Assembly: GCF_036321535.1 (NCBI RefSeq)
Contig: NC_087440.1
Coordinates: 59,458,001 to 59,522,000, forward strand
Direction of reading: 5' to 3'
DNA from: Camelus dromedarius
Lineage: Eukaryota
Length of the DNA stretch: 64,000 nt
Shown: positions 57,111 through 64,000 of the stretch, piece by piece
How positions within the stretch are numbered: the stretch's first letter is position 1
Layout of the letters: each line of letters starts with the position of its first letter
The notes under the pieces: model-generated
The model's database searches: none
What the model saw: only the letters and a program-made list of their open reading frames with translations
Told to the model about the DNA's origin: nothing
Position numbers and translations under genes: made by a program

Positions 57111-59795
57111 TTATAGAGGAATACTGTAAATAATTTTATGCCAAGAAATTCAACAATTTAGATAATAGGGCAAATTCTTTGAAAGACACAAACCACCAAA
57201 ACTCATTCAGGAAGAAATGGGTAACGGGAATAATCCTATGTCTCTTAAAGAAATTGAATTTGTACTTAAAATCTTTTTCACAAAAAAACTTCAGGCTTCA
57301 CTGATGAACCTGATATTAAGGGTTAAGGGATAACTGTTACCAATTCAGCTGGGAATACTTCCCAACTCCTTTTCTGAAGCTAACCCTACCCTGATACCAA
57401 AACTAAAGACATTACAAGACAAGAAAACAATGAACAATTTCCCTCATAACATAGCCCAAACAATATTTAGCAGAATTTGAGCAAATCATATCCATCAATG
57501 TATTAAAACAGTAATACAACATGATCAAATGGTGTTTACCTTAAGGATGCAATGTTCGTTTAATACTAAAAAAACAAAAAACCCTTGATTTTATTAACAG
57601 AATGAAAAAGCAAAATTAAATGATCCTTTCAATAGATGCAGATAAATCGTTTGACAAAATTCACATTAATTTGTGATAAAAACTCAGCAAACTAGAAATA
57701 GATGGGAATTTTTTTATCCTGGTAAAAAGCCATGTGTGAGAAACCTATAGTTAACATACTTAATGGTAAAAGACAATGATTTCTCCTAAGATTATGTCCT
57801 CTCTTAACCAATCATACTTCTATTCAACATTGTAATGTAAATTCTAGGGGACTGGGAATCATAGAGATTGGACAGAAAGAGGTAAAACTATCTTTATTTA
57901 CATGATTGTATACATGGAAAAATCCTAAATACTCTACCCAAAATTAGAATCTACCAAGAAGGAATAAATGAGTTTAGGAAGGTGGAAACATGCAAATTCA
58001 TTAAAGAAAAATCAATTGTCTTTATTTATTAGTCACAGATAACTGGAAATTGAAATTTTAAGATATGATTTTTTACAATCTAACAACACAAAATACTTTG
58101 GGATAAATTTAACAAATTATGTGTAACACTTGTATACTGAAACATAAAACTGTTGAGAGAAATTAAAGAAAGATTTAAGTTAATGGGGAGATCTGCCACA
58201 TTTGGTCAGAAAACTAAAAACTGTTAAAATTTCAGTTCTTCCCAAATTCATATAAAGAATCAACATAATCCCAATCAAAATTCCAGGAGATTTTTATTTT
58301 TAGAAACTGAGAGTTATTTGAAATTTTTATGAATTGTGAAGGACCTAGAATTGTCAAACCCCATTTTGAAAAAGAACAGGTGTGGAGGAATTACTCTACC
58401 TGATTTCAAGATTTATCACAAAACTACATAATTTAGTAAGGTATTGGCCTAAGGATTGACAGAACCATAGAGCACAATAGGGAATCTAGAGAAGGAGCCA
58501 CACATATGTGGTCAATCAATTAAAAAAAAAAAAGGTGCTGGTTTAATTCAATGGAGAGAAGAGAGTATTTTTAAAAAACAGCTGGATGCCCATAAGGAAA
58601 TAAAATGAATTTGACCCTTATCTCACATCATATATAAAATTTAAGTAGACAATAGACCTAAATGTAAGAGCTAAACTATAAAACTTTCTAGGAAAAAAAT
58701 AGACAAAAAAAAATTGGGGCTCGGTTAAGACAAAGCTTTCTTAGATAAAATACAAAGAGCAAAATCTTGCAAAAGAAAAGTGGATAAACTGGACTTCTTC
58801 AAAATTATCAACTTTTACTTCAAAAGACACTCAAGAAAATGACAGGGTGAGCCACAGACTCGAAGAAATAGTTGTAAAACATATATATTGTAAAGGANNN
58901 NNNNNNNNNNNNNNNNNNNNNNNNNNNNNNNNNNNNNNNNNNNNNNNNNNNNNNNNNNNNNNNNNNNNNNNNNNNNNNNNNNNNNNNNNNNNNNNNNNNN
59001 NNNNNNNNNNNNNNNNNNNNNNNNNNNNNNNNNNNNNNNNNNNNNNNNNNNNNNNNNNNNNNNNNNNNNNNNNNNNNGCTACCTGTGCACTAGAATAACT
59101 GAAATTAAAAATATTTATAATCCCATGTGTTGGTGAGGATGTGGAGCAACTGAAAAACACTTTCATTACTGATGGGAAGCGTGAAGTGGTACAATCCTTT
59201 TGGAAACAATCTGTCAGTTTTTAATAAAATTTAATGTACTCTTATCATAGGACTCGGCAATTCAATTCTTAGATTTTTACATAAGAAAAATAAAAACGAG
59301 TCTACACAAAGATGTGTACATGAATCTTCACAGCAGCTTCATTTTCAGTAGCTAAAAGCCAAAGTCAATCCAAACATTAACTGATGAATGGACAAACAGG
59401 TCGCAGTATTTCCTTATAGTGGAATACTTCTTAGCAACAAGAAGAAATGAACTACCCACACGTGCCACAATGTGGTGAATCCCACAAGCTAGGTGAAAGG
59501 AGCCAGATGTGGAAGACTACATGCTGTCTGATTCAATGTATATGAAATTCTAGAAAAAGCAAAGCTGTAGTAACAGAAACCAGATCGGTCATTGCCTGCC
59601 TGGGGCTGGAGATGCTGAAATGAGATTGACTGCGCAGGTCCTGAGTACTTTTTGAGTGATGGAAATATTCTATGTCTTGACTGTGGTGGTGATTATACAA
59701 CTGTGTATACTAATCACACTGATCAAACTATCCATTTTAAGTGGGTAAATATTATTGTATATAAATTATAACTCTATAAAGCTGATTTTTGAAAA
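57111..59795 (+). mobile_element. L1M ORF2 (RT) remnant through its 3' UTR; contains a gap
   Basis: Degenerate RT motif sequence at about 57400-57700 (RPISLMN..., IIHHDQ..GFI region), ORF2 3' half and an L1MB/ME-type 3' UTR ending 'ctataaagctgatttttgaaaa'. Confidence 0.9.
58898..59077. other. Assembly gap (180 N)
   Basis: N-run inside L1. Confidence 1.
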
Positions 59796-62242
59796 AGGGT
59801 CTAGGTATGGGGCTTCCCACCAGACAAGTGGAAAGTTGCTTGGCAAATTGTGTAGGTGCAGGCAAAGTTGAAGAATTGGAGCAATTAGTGAAATCAATCT
59901 ACTGTGTTGGGTTTGATAATAGAACCAGCCCATTGCTAGAGCTTTAAAAAATTACCCTTGATAAGGAATCTATTGCTTCACACCCATCTCTGTGTCTCCT
60001 TTCATTCCAGTCTCTTGGCTGGTCCTCTGATGTCATTTCTTATTACCTCTTGAACTGAAGTCTAATGTTTTTGTGCTTGAATTTTGTGTAGTTTCTAAGA
60101 GACTAAGGATTCAAAAATTTAGGTCATCTGGTCAATTGAAAAGTGACCTTTACTTAAACTCATTGGTATTTGCAATGCCAGCATTTATTTATCCTTTCCC
60201 AGTGAAATATCTTGAACAACTAAAGGAAAAAAAAAGTTAATGAGTTAGCTATGGTGGGGAACCATTTTTATCTACTTTCTCTTTAAATATATCAGGGCAG
60301 TTCACATGATCACTACAATTCATGACAAAAGAAATCATTGCAGTTGTAGGCACTGTAGTCAATGAATAAAATGCTTTTGCATATTTTTATGGGAGAGACA
60401 TATGGTGGGAGTCTCTCTTCCTCAAGAGACCTGGGCTCCAGCAAAATAGTAAAACTGGCCCAGTGCCGTGGAATCCCATGAGAAACTGAGACTGAAACCA
60501 CAACACAAAGAGCAGAAATTTTTCATGCTTTTCAAGTTTCTACTCCAGTTTGATATGAACAAAGCTTTGTACGCAAATCAAGGATACGTTTAAAATTTTT
60601 CTCCTGTGAGCACTTCATGGTATTTTGCATATGATAGAATAAGTCTGGTAGGGAAAGAGGGCCATATTTTGCCATGTTTAGAGTTTGTTTAATCTCTCTG
60701 GGCTAGGCAAATCCCATCAAATGAGAACAGCTTGGTGTTAAAATTTGTTTACTCTTTGTAAAATAGAACTTCCTGTTTTCAGATTCTGTAAAGATTTCTT
60801 GACATGAAGTAGCATTTAAATATTGTTTTGATGAGTTGAATGCCAATGGATCAGAAATACATGGATAAAATCTTGCTCAGATTTACCTCAAATTTTAATA
60901 ATTAAGAACTAGCCATACATACTTTAGGTTTAGGGCTGGATTTAAAAGGACAAACCATTTCAAAACATTCAGGGAACTCAAACAGACTGCATTCCAAACT
61001 GAAATGTTTTTGTTTTGGTGTTTTGTTTAAATTTTACATGGGAAACAAAACACTTCGGTTTGTCCCCACAAATGTGAATCTGTTTTCAGTATTTATACCT
61101 CAACTGTTTCACACTGATAGGAAAGTTTTTATATTCTTTTTCCTGGAAATGAAATCAATTTTCAGAGAAATGAGAGATTCTACTGACAGTTGACAGTAGC
61201 CCAAGTCTATGCGGGGCAGGTCCCCAAGCCTCCTATCGAAAGAAGCCCACTGCCCTCTGCCCTGGCGCCCATTGTGGCTGGACGTCATTCATGAATGTAG
61301 CAGAAATCTCTCATTTTCAGCTCTTACTCTCCTAGACCTCAGGGTTCCCATCTTCTGTTTCTGTTCTTTCTCTAAACTCTGTTCCGATTTGGCTTTCTGG
61401 CTCTTCCCACTTTGAGCCATCTCGGTGGAATCTCTCCACTCCAATTCTGGCTTTTGCAGAAAAACACCATTCTCTCTCACTCAACTTACTTTTGAGGGGA
61501 GTCTCACTTTGAGTCTGGGCTGTGCTGGTCATGGAAGGGAATGGAGGCTGCTGGAGACCCCATTGGAGACTATAGTGAAGAACTCAGTAAATTCTGGGCC
61601 AAGGTCTTGGGAAGAGAAATTCCTTCTGATCTAGGACGAACAGCTGCAGAAATTTCCAGAGGCAGTTGGCAGTGGAAACAGGACGGGGAAAATTCTGTTT
61701 GGGGTGCCCTGGACCAATGCCATTTCACTTCCTGAGAAGGGTGCTGGTAGGTGTGAGTGCTCTCTTCAGCTGTCCGGCCGAGGGCGTGCTGGTGGGGACA
61801 GTTACTTATAACTGTAGCAATGATTCAAGTTGTTCATTAACCAAAACTTCAGAGGTTTTTTTCTTGCTCTTTTCTCCTATTTCTCTTTGTAACTGTGATA
61901 ATTAGGGCCTCAAAGGGGGAAAAGACAGGAAAAAGAGACAAAACTCCAACTGATCAGCTGTGCTCCCTATTTGTAGTTAAAAAGTTTGAGTTCATGTCTG
62001 AACCACCAAATAAAATAGAAAGATGAATGACTAGGTAAACTACACGCTGGGAGGACTGGAACTCTTTCTCTCCCCCTCCCTCCCACTCCAATCCGAGGGG
62101 TACTACTGAATTAAAAGAATTTAATCAAGGCCAATTCTCTGCCCTGGTAATCAAGAGAGTGCCTTGAAGTAAGTATGAAGGCCCGCTGCACAGAGGCCAA
62201 GCCTGCTGGTTGAAACTGTCATTCTTCCCTGTGGATTTAGAC

Positions 62243-62392
62243 CAGTGGTTTCCAAATCTGTCCGCACTTTAGATTCACCTGGTGAGTCTTAAACCTAAAC
62301 CCAACTCTGGATGAAGCCCAGGCATCAGTATTTGAAAGAAAAAAAAAACTCCCCATGTGATTCTAATGTATAAGCAGAGTTGAGAACCACTG
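62243..62392. mobile_element. MER5A/B hAT MITE
   Basis: TIRs CAGTGGTTTCCAAA and TTGAGAACCACTG; TSD ATTTAGAC/GTTTAGAG. Confidence 0.85.
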
Positions 62393-63661
62393 GTTTAGAG
62401 TGTAGTGTTTCTGAGAAAAATTAGTATTTGTCTTTTGGAGATGTACTTACTTTGAGAGGTCAGTGAGTCTGAAAATTGGCAGTCCTGTATCTCTTTTACT
62501 GGTGGACGTGTAGCACAGTAAACCCGAATTCAAGGATTCACACCCACTCTTACCCAAAAAATTACAGCTTCCTTTCTCCATTACCCCCCAAGCTTTGAGG
62601 TGGCAATAACCATTCATGTCCACTCTGCTGTAGGCAGTCGGGGAGGGCGCATTCAAACTGCAGCTTTCCAGAAGCACGCTGAGAGTAAGACCGCTTCCCC
62701 CAGGCAGGGGTGGGCGCAGATTTTTCCCAGGGCCGGGAATGTAGTTTCTTCTCTGGGGATGAGTTCTGAACCTATCGAGAAAGTCCAAGCTGACTGCAAT
62801 TTCAGCCTTTTATGCTATAATTTCTTTCGAATAGGTCTTCCTATCAACCCATTAGTAAAGAAATTTGGCTGTGTCTTTGCAGCCCATGTGTTGGTATTGT
62901 GGTGACGGGGCATAAAGTGGTGAGAGACAGAGTCATCTTGCCTCCTCCTCTCCCGGGGAAGAGGTGGGCAGCCCATCAGGAGGACCACAGCTCTGCAGAG
63001 GGCCAGATGGTCACAGGGTCCCCACGGGGAAGCCAGCAGCAGGGGCAGCAGATGGTCCCCAGCCTATAGAGGATCTTGGAAGGAGACTTCACACAAGAGA
63101 GAACAAAGTTTCTGGCATCACCATGCATCTTGGGCTAGCAAATGTTTTGCAAATGGCTGTCCAGAAAAGAAAGCTTTGGTTTGTAGCACTGGCCAATTTT
63201 CATGGTGTAAACACTCTCCTTAGTTTTAGGTTCCCAACCTGAACCAGGACTCCCTGGAAGAGGAGTCGGGAAGAAATGTGCAAAATCAGCTCTGGCCAGC
63301 GGGGAGGAGGGGGCTCCGGGGGTTCTGCTGCCCGTGGTGGGCTGGGCGTGCAGACCCCTGCAGTGGGGAGGGAGGGAGGGAAGGGAAATTCCTAAGGGAA
63401 TCAGTGTATTTTCTATAGATTTCTGCTCTCTGTGTGTTCCCTCTCCTCTTTCAACATAAACAACCAACACTCGGCTGTGATTCCTTCAAGTATGACCTTC
63501 TGAACTCAGGGTTGAAAATAAGCCATTTATCAGAACCAAAACCTGGATTTGGACCCAAACTAGCAGAAAGGACTGAGGGCTACACCTTTTATAAAATAAG
63601 AACAAATATTTTTGACTGCTCTTCAAATATCCTAAAGCTAGTCACATATGGTTTGAGATGG

Positions 63662-63780
63662 TCAATAACACATAACATTTATAGGTGCCCACTGTGTATC
63701 CAGTATCTTCCATGTATTAACTCATTTAATCTTTACTATAACTTTATGAGAAAGGTGCTTTTATTAGAAGGATTACACCT
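63662..63780 (-). mobile_element. MIR fragment
   Basis: 'taacatttataggtgcccactgtg...catgtattaactcatttaatctttac'. Confidence 0.65.
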
Positions 63781-63857
63781 TTTAAATAAACAACCTCAGG
63801 GAATGTGTTTGAATAAAACCACAAGTTATTCTAGACTATTCACACGGTAGTTTGAGA

Positions 63858-64000
63858 TGGTTAAAAATAGCAAACATTTATTGAGTGCTTACTACATACC
63901 TGGTGTTTTCCATGAACTCGCCATTGAATTTTTATAATGACCTATCAGTCAAGTGTTACTGTGATGCTTATATTACAGTTAAGGAAATAAACAACAGAAA
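63858..64000 (-). mobile_element. MIR fragment, runs off the window
   Basis: 'aatagcaaacatttattgagtgcttactacatacctgg...attacagttaaggaaa'. Confidence 0.7.

Noticed and set aside
1-64000. CRISPR arrays, operons, rRNA, numts, processed pseudogenes or other prokaryote-like systems
   Set aside because: I saw no regularly spaced repeats, no gene-dense coding, and no rRNA, mitochondrial or retrocopy signature; the repeat content is unambiguously mammalian.

Overview
This is mammalian genomic DNA, most likely camelid (Camelus/Vicugna/Lama). The inference rests on a tRNA-Ala-derived Vic-1-type SINE at 20812-20977 and a cetartiodactyl-type L1 3' end at 43355-43605. It comes from a gapped draft assembly with five N-runs of 140-268 nt. 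I recognise no protein-coding gene. The ORF track is mostly chance ORFs; only the ERV env remnants (11124-11699, minus) resemble a known protein family. The window reads as intergenic or deep-intronic sequence layered with old repeats: MIR, L2, one CR1/L3 relic, L1M, MaLR MLT1, LTR33 and hAT MITEs (MER5/20/33/58). The most structured element is a deleted class I (gamma-like) ERV at 10296-13366 with 3' LTR, env, integrase C-terminus and gag remnants but no 5' LTR, wedged between two converging truncated L1s. Other points of interest are several splice-site-bounded exon candidates with no recognisable product, a strong CTCF site, an inverted octamer pair, a CRE/CCAAT/ETS module, a weak CpG island and CpG-rich old repeats. 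I found no convincing novel biological system. Repeat family names come from by-eye comparison with remembered consensus sequences, not from RepeatMasker or Dfam, and boundaries are approximate unless TSDs or termini are quoted.
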